Positions 52,787 to 64,000 of a DNA stretch of 64,000 nt are shown here, piece by piece. The stretch spans positions 18,290,001-18,354,000 of the forward strand of contig OX597830.1 of the NCBI GenBank assembly GCA_951406725.2. The letters run 5' to 3'. Within the stretch, counting starts at the first letter, position 1. Each line of letters starts with the position of its first letter. Below the pieces are notes generated by a model. That model was given only the letters and a program-made list of their open reading frames with translations, was not told the origin of the DNA and did not search any database. The DNA comes from Octopus vulgaris. Lineage: Eukaryota. The position numbers and the translations under genes were made by a program.

Positions 52787-53192
52787 AGGCGCAGGAGTGG
52801 CTGTTTGGTAAGTAGCTTGCTAACCAACCACATGGTTCCGGGTTCAGTCCCACTGCGTGGCATCTTGGGCAAGTGTCTTCTGCTATAGCCCCGGGCCGAC
52901 CAATGCCTTGTGAGTGGATTTGGTAGATGGAAACTGAAAGAAGCCTGTCGTATATATGTATATATATATAAGTGTGTGTGAATATGTTTATGTGTCTGTG
53001 TTTGTTCCCCTAGCATTGCTTGACAACCGATGCTGGTGTGTTTACGTCCCCGTCACTTAGCGGTTCGGCAAAAGAGACCAATAGAATAAGTACTGGGCTT
53101 ACAAAGAATAAGTCCCGGGGTCGATTTGCTCGACTAAAGGCGGTGCTCCAGCATGGCCGCAGTCAAATGACTGAAACAAGTAAAAAGAGTAA
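52787..53192 (+). mobile_element. SINE family A, full length (degenerate copy at 52368-52728)
   Basis: Complete match. Confidence 0.94.
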
Positions 53193-53219
53193 AAAATAAA
53201 AATAAAAAAAAGAGTAAAA

Positions 53220-53520
53220 AAATACCTTTTGAGTGTCGGACCTCACAGATGCAATAACAAATGAGCAAGACTTTTGGCATTATGCCGCACTTGGGAAGAA
53301 GACCCATCAAGCCAAGTGAAGCAATTATGGAAGATACTTGTGTCATGTAAAGAGCACCCATTACACTCTCAGAGTGGTTGGTGTTAGGAAGAGCATTCAG
53401 CCATAGAAACCATGCCAAATCAGACTACTGTCTGGTACAGCCTTCCAGCTTGCCAGCCCTGGTCAAACTGTCCAACCCATGCCAGCATGGACAACAGACG
53501 TTAAATGATGATGATGATAA
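53220..53520 (+). mobile_element. RTE ORF end joined to the family F tail
   Basis: LLSVGPHRCN..EQDFWHYAALGKKTHQAK-stop remnant followed by GAGTGGTTGGTGTTAGGAAG...(GAT)n. Confidence 0.65.
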
Positions 53521-54514
53521 TTACTAATTTTTAACTTAAGAAAAACGGTCTTCCAATATTGTGACTGCATCATGAATCAAATAAATAAAATAAATAGAGA
53601 TTAGATAGATAGATAGATAGCTAGAAAAATAGATGTAAATGTATATATATATATGCCTCAGACCCTCCCAAAACTAGACACCAATATCTAAGCATTATCT
53701 AAGCTTAATAAGATTATCTATGAAGAAAAACAACCAATATCAATGTAAATAGTCTCCATAGACCATGAATTCACAAACACATTCCACTTTACTAGACTGA
53801 TGGGGAATTCAGAATAATAAGACTAGTATAAAAAATGCACAAACAAATATAACAAATAGGTATACCCAACATCAGCTGCCAAATGGATATCATTATGGTT
53901 TTGACACCTGGGCAGTACTATTTCACCCAGCAGTGTCAATATTAATTAAAATTTTGTCTGGTAATCATTAGTAATCAGCAAAAACGAAACATTAGCTCAG
54001 TACATCCATTACACCAACATCTGCTTATATATATATATATATATATTGTTTTTTTATTTGAACTGATCCAAAAGAGGACTGTGAACATGCGTGCACCTTC
54101 AATATCCTGGTTGATTCAAATCATTTACTTTACTTGTATGTATGTATCTTTGTTTTTATAAAGAAAAAAGCCATTACTTTTTACCCAGTGTACATTTTTT
54201 TGTTTCTTTTTACTTTGAAACCTGTTTCTATTATATATATATGTGTGTAGATAGATAGATAGATAGATAGATAAATAGACAGATAGCTGTGTGTATATAA
54301 CCATTACTTACATTCCATAATCATTTGAGCAATAAATTAGAATGAACATTTTGGGCAATTCATTCTTAATATACCAACTCCTTAGGATATTTTTAAAAAT
54401 TGTCAATACAAGCAATTCTATTGTTTTCTGTCTTATCAATTGCACTTTTTCTTTTGCTGTGTTGTCTGTTACACCCCCATATTCTTTTCACTGCAATCTG
54501 TAGCATGGATTTCC

Positions 54515-54812
54515 CTATGAGAGCTCAAAATCTCTCATGGAAGCATCATCCAACCAAAGTACAAATATATGGGAAATTACCACCTGTATCATGGACATTG
54601 TTGTAGAGCTGAAAACGAGGTAATTTCTACTCTTCTCCTCTGGAAGCCATCTATTCGCGATACCAGAGGGCTCACACTCTCCTACCCTGATGTAATCTCC
54701 AGGGATACAAGCATCAAGCAACAGGACCTCCGTAATGCTATGATGGACCGTGAAGTCTGGCGTAGCATGGTAAATTCCATTGTCTCGACCACGGTCGAAC
54801 AATGATGATGAT
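54515..54812 (+). mobile_element. RTE-type LINE 3' end
   Basis: MRAQNLSWKHHPTKVQIYGKLPPVS; GHCCRAENEVISTLLLWKP..LRNAMMDREVWRSMV; (GAT)n tail. Confidence 0.85.
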
Positions 54813-54830
54813 GGGCATGAATTTGCTGTA

Positions 54831-55670
54831 TATGAGGGTCAACTGAAAATTTCATAGATTGACCAAGATAATCTCCTGGAATGTGTGATCAAATGAGGTT
54901 TATTTTTCAATATAGTCCTTCTTGTGGTCCACTTACCTCTTCTATCGGTGTTGCAAGTGCTTGGATCCAACTGGTGAAGAAACTTTCACTCTGTTGGTGA
55001 AAAAAATCATCAACAGCAGATATGATGTCATTATCACTGTGATACTGGTTTCTAGCCAAGTGTTTTTTCAGATGATAGTCAGGGGGCCAAATCAAGAGAA
55101 TAGGGAGGGTGACCAACCAGTTCAAAGCCACTCATGCAAGGCAACCATTGAAACCAAGCTCTTGTGTGCTGGAGCGTTGTCCTGGTGAAATGAGACACCT
55201 TTCATCAGTTTTCCTGGGCATTTGGTCCTGATAGCCCTTTGTAACTATCTCAGTTGACTTAGTACTTTTTATTGATGGTGTGGATCTTTTGAAGATAGTC
55301 AATAAATACGTCTTTTGCAGTCCAAAAACCTGAGCCCATCACCTTCCCTGCAGATGAAACTACCTTGGCCTTCATTGAAGCAGGTGAGTTTCCACTTCTT
55401 TGAAGAGGGGTGTTTCCACCATATGGATTGTCTCTTTGTCTCTGGTTCAAAGTGATGAAGCTAACTCTCATTCTGTATTAGGAAACATTCAAGAAAATCA
55501 GCTGGATCTACCTCAAACAATATCAGATTTTCTTGGGATGTGATCAGCCTGGTGTGCTTTTGATCAGGTGTCAGAGGACATGGCACCTACTGAGCAGAAA
55601 CCTGATTGCACAGAATATTCTCAACTCCCTCATGGAGTAAGCTAGTAGCATTGGCTATTTGATTTATGAG
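54831..55670 (-). mobile_element. Mariner transposase fossil
   Basis: VSAQ-VPCPLTPDQK (WVPRLL), KAKVVSSAGKVMGSGFW..FIDYLQK, DYHLKKHLARNQYHSDNDIISAVDDFF; TA-TGAGGG end. Confidence 0.88.
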
Positions 55671-56025
55671 GGACATATTCATACAGCACAGAATGAATAT
55701 TGTAATTGGAAACTGAAAGAAGTCTGTAGTACACATGCCTGTGTGTGTGTTTCTACCCCCCTGTTGGGGATTGCTTAACAGCTGCAAACAAGTATCATCC
55801 CATTGTTATACAAGCACTATCATTTGTTTCCAGTCTTCCGTATAAGCATGTTTGGTCATGGAGGAATATTACCTCCCTTGGAGACAGGTGAGGTTTGGTG
55901 ACAGGAAGAGCATCTGGCCATAGGAAATCTGCCTCAACAAATTCTGTTGATCCATGCAAGTATGGGAAAGTGAATGCTAAAATGATGATGGTGATGATGA
56001 TATACACACATTTGCGTGTTTATAT

Positions 56026-56397
56026 TGGTAAGTAGCTTGCTTACGAACCACATGGTTCCGGGTTCAGTCCCACTGCGTGGCACTTTGGGCAAGTGTCTTC
56101 TACTACAGCCTCGGGCTGACCAAAGCCTTGTGAGTGGATTTGGTAGAAGGAAACTGAAAGAAGCCCGTCGTATATATGTATGTGTGTGTGTATGTTTGTG
56201 TGTCTGAGTTTGTCCCCCCAACATCGCTTGACAACCGATGCTGGTGTGTTTACATCCCTGTAACTTAGCGGTTTGGCAAAAGAACTGACAGAATAAGTAC
56301 TAGGCTTACAAAGAATAAGTCCTGGGGTCGATTTGCTCAACTAAAGGCGGTGCTCCAGCATGGCCGCAGTCACATGACTGAAACAAGTAAAAGAGTA
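56026..56397 (+). mobile_element. SINE family A, slightly 5'-truncated
   Basis: Match from GGTAAGTAGCTTGC to the tail. Confidence 0.92.
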
Positions 56398-57781
56398 AGT
56401 ATTTATATATATTTATTTCTAAATATTAATTTTTAGTCTTGTCATTATTCTTTTATTTATTATTTTTTTTTCTTTGAAATATTAGAATGACAAAATGCAA
56501 TAAATAAACAGAATCTATTTACAGAAAATTGCATTATTTCTTTTAGGCGTAAATGTTGTGTAAAATGGTAAAATGGCATCTAAAATCTCCTCATATAATA
56601 GGATACAAAGATAAACAGAAGGAAGGGAAGAGATTCCAGTTGATTTACTTGCAGGAAAGGGGTCGGAATCATCATGTCTGCTGCAGTGGTAGAGGTTTAG
56701 AGTTGGTGTAATTCTTTCAGTGTTGTGTGTGTGGGAGAGAGAGAAAGAGAGAACAAAGAAATGTGAAGTTGATGAAGAAGGTGAAAGAAGACAGGAAAAG
56801 AAGAGAAGAGGGAGAACAAGAAGTGGTAGGGGAGGAGAGGTGTAAAGGGAGAAAGAGTAAGCAGAGTGATTGAAGGTGTTGTCATAACACTAGAGTACAG
56901 CAATGATAAAAATTAACTTTAATGCTTCAAGGAATTTTGTTGTTTGGGCAAGAAAGCTAAGAACATCTGTTAGAGGTAGATCAGGGGTTTCTTAGTTAGG
57001 GAAGAAGGGGAATGGGGTCAGTTGTTAGTGTCAGGCTCATGGTGGTGGCAGTAGTGGCAGTGCTGGTGATAACATGAGCAGGGAACCAGAAGTAACTCTT
57101 GCTAAAGATTAGCAACAAACCCAACTTTTTTTTTAAACAAACCATCAAAATGATAATTAAAAAAAAAAAAAATAAAGATGATTTTTTTTTGATATTGCAC
57201 AAGGCCAGACAATTTAGGGTGGAGAATAGCCAAAAGCCATATATGGTTCTTTGACGAGCTAGAAATGGTAACCAAATCTCACTCAAATTGCATGCCACTG
57301 TCTCAAAAATAGAATAAAATAAAAGGTCACAATCAGTAAGGTAGTCTTAGGTACACAGTGCCAGCTTGTAAGATCAATGCGAAGGTCAAGCTAGAATGCC
57401 TTTCATTGTAATTCTGTTCAATCAGGAGTGATTTCCTTTAGCCCAGGGCTAAAGGAAAATAACTGGTCTTTAAGCAAACCTATCAGAGTTTCTAGATGGT
57501 CACTTGACATGCTAGAAATACCAACCATAACTGATTTAGTGAATCAAAGATGGCTTAAGGCTAAACAACTATTACTCATTTTAATGACCTCAGAAGAATG
57601 AAAGATATGATTTTACCTTAGCAAGATTTGAACTTAGTACATAAAGAGACTAAGGCATTTAATACATCACACAATTTGTTCTCTATTCTCTCTCATACTG
57701 AAAATAACATTAACAACAATCCTTCTTTTATTTGCCACAAGGACCTGTACATACACTACAAAAACCATCATACAAATGGAG

Positions 57782-57844
<63 letters not shown>

Positions 57845-58700
57845 AATAAGAAAATGGAGAAACAAATTCATCTCGTTCATCAACTTACGGATATTACAAT
57901 TTTACATTATTTCTTAATTATACAAATGGGAACATCAGAAATCAATCAAAACATTATAAATCAATATGTAATATAATAATAAAAATACAAATAAACTACT
58001 CCTTACAGCTGTTTCAGCCTATGGTCAAGAGTCAATTCAACTTATATTGCCTATAGATGTCAGTGTATTATGGTTTTAGGCATTAAAAATTATACTTGCA
58101 TGTTAAAATAATCAAAGGCCTCATCAGAGGATATAATTAACTTGAAAAGTATAATAATAATATTGACATACAAAACATGCTTCACTTATTATCCAATATT
58201 TACAAATAAATAATAAGACAAATATCCAAAATACACAGACACACATATATATATATATATAAAAACATACAAATATACATACATGTACATACATAGGCAA
58301 ATTGTACATACTATTCACATGCATAAAATACATAAAGAACAACATTGAACATTAATATATTACATTACATTGGGTATATTATGTGTCATATAGTCAAGTA
58401 AATGCATTCTAATGTATATATACTACCACGTTTAACAGTACCAACAGTATTATTGTTTTAACGATAATATTAAACGGAAAACACGCACTATATTCATGTT
58501 TACTAACATAACAAAAATTCACGAAACAAGGTACGAAATATAAATATTCACACATACACACATATATATATATATATATACATATGCACAAACAAAATAT
58601 TTGCGTATGAATATATTAATCATACAAACATAATCTAGATATTACTTAACGCATTCACATAACACCAGAGGTAACTGTAAAATATCAATAAGAAATATAC
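57845..58700 (-). mobile_element. Penelope-like fragment between (TA)n tracts
   Basis: Begins AATAAGAAAATGGAG..TTCATCAACTT as at 45748; contains the hammerhead motif; right boundary uncertain. Confidence 0.5.
58000..58131 (-). ncRNA. Putative type-I hammerhead ribozyme with long stem-II loop
   Basis: TCCT-CTGATGA-GGCCT...(95 nt)...AGGCT-GAAA-CAGCTG-TA-AGGA: intact core, stem I TCCT/AGGA, palindromic stem III. Confidence 0.65.
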
Positions 58701-58765
58701 ATATACTCGTATTTTGAGTTCTATTTTTCCTGTTTGCATCAACATACCTATATATATATATATAT

Positions 58766-58988
58766 ATTTCTTTACTGCCCACAAGGGGCTAAACACAGAG
58801 GGGACAAACAAGGACAGACAAAGGGATTAAGTCGATTCCATCGACCCCAGTGCGTAACTGGTACTTAATTTATCGACCCGAAAGGATGAAAGGCAAAGTC
58901 GACCTCGGCGGAATTTGAACTCAGAACGTAACGGCAGACAAAATACGGCTTCGCATTTCGCCTGGCGTGCTAACGTTTCTGCCAGCTC
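58766..58988 (-). mobile_element. SINE family B
   Basis: Near-consensus copy. Confidence 0.92.
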
Positions 58989-59835
58989 GGGTGCAGTGAA
59001 TAAACTGTCGTCTAAATTACCCAAAAATGAAAATAACACTGACATCTCATTTTAACAGATATATTCACCAAAACTACATAAAAATATCTTGAAATACTAA
59101 AGAGTAAATTCATTCAATAAAATCGCCATTGGCTTCAACCATGAACTCCAGAAGACTTTGGAATCTCCTGCAATTCTTCAGGATGCTGCCATAATCCTTG
59201 CCTTCAGTTCATCTTTGGTGTTTCAAGGAGTTTTGTTGGTCTCTCGCTCAACTGTGCCCCACACATAATAATTAAGGGGGTTGCAGTCTGGGGTGTTAGG
59301 TGGCCAGATTTGAAGAGTGGTGTGGTTGCAGAAATTGTCTGACAGCCATGACTGGGTTCTCCTGCTTGTGTGGCATGGGGCCTAGTCTTGTTGCCAGTCA
59401 TAGGGTCTTCCAGCAGCCACCCTCTTCACTCAGGGCAGCACTACCTCCTCCAGGTACTTGATGTAAGCCTCTGTGTAAAGTCTGAGGTGGTGTGGGAAGA
59501 TGAATGCAGGCATAATGTCACAATCACTAGTGATCACTCAAAATACTATGATGCTGACTGTATGTTTGATTTTTATCACCTTCAGTACATGTTCTTAGAT
59601 TGACTCCAAAACACTCTGAAATGTTTGCATTGGAGCTTCCAGCACGAATGCCAAAAAGTATGGCATATAATTTCCAAATTTCTGGCAAAGTGAATTGCGT
59701 CATGGTGCTGTTTTTCTCACAGACAGTGCCCAACTGACCCTACTATACTGTGTAGTTGACAAAATCGAAAACAAACAATGTGCATGCAAGAAATTAAAAA
59801 CATAAAATGGTGGCAATTTACCCATCTCATCTTAT
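58989..59835 (-). mobile_element. Tc1/mariner fossil, maT (DD37D)-like
   Basis: WQQD-APCHTSRRTQSWLSDNFC..IWPPNTPDCNPLNYYVWGTVERETNKTP; N-terminal MTQFTLPEIWK..GIRAG; internally deleted. Confidence 0.85.
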
Positions 59836-60585
59836 ATATATATATATATATAAAAGTAAAGACACCTTCAGTCACAAATGACCATAGAATTGCACCTGGT
59901 AAGTTCCCCTCCAAGGCACAAATCCAGGCAAGGTTGTTTGTGGAGGACCAGCAGTCACCCCATGCATACCAGTTTCCTTTCTCCATGCCACCAATGTTGT
60001 CCAAGCTGAGTGAACTGGAGCAACATGAAAGAAAGGGTCTTGCTCAAGAAAAACAACACACAACCTAGTCCTGGAACTGAACCTCATTATTGTAAGCCTG
60101 ATTCTCTAACCACTGAGCCATGAGTCTTCATATATGTCCACAGGTGTGGGTGTGTGGTTGTGGATTTAGTTTCGCTGTGTGGTACCTTTGGCAAATGTCT
60201 TCCCCTATAGCCCTAAGTAAACCAAAGCTTTCTGAGTGGATAGTTGGATGGACATTGAAAGAAGCCTTTTATGTGTGTATGTGTCTGAGCTCATCTGTAT
60301 TTGTATGTACCCTTGTCTTGATATCATACAATGTCATAAATAAGCTTCACTGTCATACAAGCAATGTCATTTGTTTTCAGTCTTCTGTGGTAAACATGTT
60401 TGGCCTCGGGAAATATTAACTTACTTGGGTGAGGAATTGTGACAGGAAGAGCATGAGGACATAGAAAATCTGCCCCAACAAATTCTGACTCATACAAGCA
60501 GGGAAAAGCACACATTAAATAATGATGATATATATATATATTCCCCCCTCCCCACCCAATGTTAATTATATATCTTTATATACAT

Positions 60586-61330
60586 ACAAGGGGGTACCCA
60601 AAAGAAACTGGAAATATTATTTTATTCACTTAGTTTTGCATGTTTAAACTTTTATTGCCTTCAAAGCATTTTCCATTTCAATCAATGCATCGGTCCACAT
60701 GCATTTTCCACTGTTTAAAGCAGTCCTGGACCAGCTTTCATCACCAGTGATGACCTTTGAAAAAAGGTCAGGATCAACTCCCAATTGTTCTTTCAGTTCA
60801 TGACATGCATTCAGTCATGACTGCTTTTGATCTTCCATGAGCAAGCGAGGCACAAATTTTGCTGCAACTCTTTTCATTTGCAATTCTTTGCTCAAAATTC
60901 ATTGGCAGGAGGAGCTCCAGGACACACCGATCATATCAACAAGTTTGTCATTTGTCCTGTGATGGTCCTCCAAGATCAGTTCATGAACATCTGTTCAGGA
61001 GGTCGACGGTTGCCCTGAATGAGGTTCGTACTCATGTGACAAGTGACCATTCCTAAAGCATGAAAGCCACTCATAAACTTACGAGCTGTTTGAAGCATGA
61101 CAACTGTTTTGGCCGCTGTTTTCCCCAGCAGAAAACAGAATTTCATGGAAGCATGCTGTTCCTTTATTTCAGCGATAACAAAAGTTGATGAACAGGAGAG
61201 AAGCACTGCAAAAGAAAGATGCACCATGTAGCAGTATGACCCCACTGGACAACGCTGGTTGGCAGACTGATGCCTGAGGGTTGCATCAAGTGGCTTCTAG
61301 TTGTGGAAGCCTGAACTACAATGGGCTTGT
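60586..61330 (-). mobile_element. Internally deleted mariner fossil
   Basis: EIKEQHASMKFCFLLGKTAAKTVVMLQTA helix-turn-helix; C-terminal CFKQWKMHVDRCID..CFEG; TA-CAAGGGGGTACCCAAAAG end. Confidence 0.85.
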
Positions 61331-61729
61331 CTCAGAGAATGTAGAATACTTCATGGTTTCAGCCATTCTTTTTCTTGTTATCTCTTTGCTTCTCAGCAGA
61401 TTTATTAGTTTCTCATCTTGTAATAACCACAAATCCAGGTTTTCTCAAGAGCAAGGTTTCTTTTTATAAAGGACCTACGGTATCCTACTTGCCTTCACTC
61501 TAGAGTTATTTTTATTTTTGCTCCTTCATATTTTTGCTATTTCAGATAGTTTTCCATCTCTTTCCTATTACCACAAAACTATGGGGTGGAAATGCTATGC
61601 AGAATCTCTGACAATCTTATCAACCCCTAAAAGAAAATGTGATTTTATTAACTTCCACTTTATCCTTTGAGCTTCAAATATGACAACTCTGGCAACAATA
61701 ATCATATTTCTCTGCTACTGTCAATCACC

Positions 61730-61850
61730 TCCTTCCTCGTTTTTGCTGTTATCTAATTGGGCAAAGATTCTAATGTGGGTCATCCACCCACATGTGTAGC
61801 AAGTGAACTTTCTACCCTGCACTTTTATTTTGACTGAATACCTTTCAACT
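61730..61850 (-). pseudogene. Degenerate retroelement gag/ORF1 CCHC zinc knuckle
   Basis: YSVKIKVQGRKFTCYTCGWMTHIRIF; the last Cys is recovered only with a 1-nt slip (TTTGCC). Confidence 0.45.
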
Positions 61851-64000
61851 CCTAATACAGGGTATAAATTCTTGGATAACCAACCTTTTGGTCTTCAAGG
61901 AGTGGGGTGTCATCAGACATTGGATGTTCAGGCACACCCCAGCCTAACTAAATATTGCTGCAAGTCACATCCACACTGATGACCTATCTGTACTTTTGCA
62001 TAAAGGTGACTCCGAACTAAGAATTCCCGTTGGCACTGATTTTTCTGACCATGACTTTTGTGTTTATTCTACCCAGGTACTGAAGCACCATCCTGTTGGA
62101 AGGCCTCTAGCACAGGAGTTCTGTTTGCCTTCTTCATCTTAAATAATAAGCATATGTTCCATATGCTCTGACCCTGCTGAGAGAGAAAACATCCTGTCAA
62201 ACATTAGCCGGGCCTTCCTTAAACTCTTTCAAAAGCATGTAGAAACCTTCGTATTTTGAAAAACAATGACGTGTCATTTCCTCCTGGCCATTTCTTGAGT
62301 AAATTCCTCAGGTAGAAAGGCAGTCTTTTATGACAGCTCTTTCACACTTCTTCTTATGCTTCAGTTGATCCCTATTTAGTGTTTCTTTTTGGCTTACAAC
62401 ACTGGTAAAAGATGATTTACTGTTGATGCTGTTGCTAATGATGATACTTTGTTATTGTTATTTAAATTTTGTGTTGCTGCTTTTTCTTTTGTGTTTTTGA
62501 AATTTTAGCTGTTTGTACTACAGCTGTTTGTCTAGTTGTCATTTTTCTCTGTTTTTAAAACAGTCTATGTGTTTTCAAAAATTTAGGAGAGATGGGTGCA
62601 TACCAGAGCTGCTGACAGATGTAGGCATATTGAACCACTAATAAGTAAAGCAAAATAAAAGATTACATAAAAACATGTATACAATAAAATTCTAAATAGC
62701 AAGGCTTTTTACCTCTCCAGAAAAGCCGCAAAGTAAGTTGACATCAGGAAGATTTGAACTCAAAATATAAAGAGTTGGACTAAATACTTCAAGGCTTTTC
62801 TTCTAATGTTCAAACAATTATGTCAGAACTTGATTATAATAACTGGTGTGCCAGTGAAAACAATAAGCTGCAAGGTTACAAATTTGTACGAGAGTGGTTA
62901 TAATGGGTCATTGAATTAACTCCTAGAAGATGATTGCTGATTCTTTTATTAACTCTGGCAGGTTGAAGGACCAAGTCATTTCTATCAAGATTTTCTTTCA
63001 CTCGGTTAGTTAGTGAGAAAAGAACACCACCCATGACCTTTTTCACAACCTCTGAAGCTGGTGGAATGAAGGGAGGAATTTTTCTTTTGATCAGAGACCT
63101 GGCCCTAATATCTGTCACAGAGTTGACCCTGTTAGGTGCATCTAAGATAGGTAGGAGATGTTGTGGTACAGCCATTTTGATGCTGACTTATTTGACATCA
63201 GACATTTTAATGTTTTTCTCTGTTTATGCATATGAGTATATTACTCTTTACGTATATGGGAGGCGAAAGCATTTATGTTGATCATGGTCTCTCTCTCTCT
63301 GTGTACGAGCATCTAGTCATGTTTGTAGGTATTATGTCAGTCTTTCTCTCTCATGCACTTTCTTTATCTGTATGTGTATATTTCTATGTGCTCATGTACA
63401 TGTGTGTGTGTGTGCCTCCAGTGCCAAAAAGTACTGTTGCATAAACAAGCTGAATGCACAGTTAGCTGGGACAAATCACCAGTATCCAAACAGCCACACC
63501 CATTCATCTCATTGTGGCCCAAGGGCAAAGTGGTGTTAAACTAAGCAATAGATTAAGTCTAGAACTCAAAACCCAGAATAGCTCCCTCCACTCTGACAGG
63601 CTTCCACACAATTTTTATCAACCACAGAATTTCCTTCACGATGCTTTAGTTCAACAAAAGGCTGTGGTAGAAAATACCTGCCCACGATGTTGCACTGTGG
63701 GACAAAACTCCACAAAAGACCATATAATTGCAGAGCAAACTTCTTAAAAATGTAGGGGGACAAAGCAAAGTACTGTGAGATATTTACTTGGTCCAGCAGT
63801 TTTCCATTCCTGACACTCGACTTAATTGTAATAATAATCTTGTATTTACTTTGCCATAAGGGTAATATAAAAGGCAAAAACATTAGGATACAGTAACATC
63901 TATAAACATTCCAGAGGTGTATATATACACACACTCAGAAACCACCAAAATACAATGTATATTATATATATGTTCATGTGTGCATATGCATATATGTGTG

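Noticed and set aside
56600-57080. Possible 5' region of the LINE family seen at 3130-5220
   Set aside because: Composition is similar but no firm endonuclease motif could be read

Overview
AT-rich, repeat-saturated eukaryotic DNA with no host protein-coding exon that I can support; most likely intronic or intergenic. The SINE families and (TA)n density suggest an octopus (coleoid cephalopod) genome, which is an inference from remembered repeat types and not a database result. Contents: many tRNA-headed SINEs of about five modular families (several with clean target-site duplications, TSDs), RTE-type and CR1/Jockey-type LINE fragments, four mariner fossils, a maT/Tc1-like fossil, a hAT transposase remnant, piggyBac-, Tigger-, hAT- and Merlin-type MITEs, one intact and one probable non-autonomous Helitron, and long (TA)/(TATG) microsatellites that generate all the long YIYI/CVCV ORFs. 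The most notable signal is a set of Penelope-like fragments embedded in (TA)n tracts. Two carry minimal type-I hammerhead ribozyme folds (11312-11346 and 58000-58131, minus strand). Other oddities: a hairpin-unit higher-order array in an RTE-type 3' tail, a SINE trimer inside one TSD, SINE tail swapping, an unexplained 115-bp direct-repeat cassette and a 40-bp-arm hairpin. Coordinates were read by eye. Ends defined by TSDs or terminal inverted repeats (TIRs) should be near exact; others are approximate.
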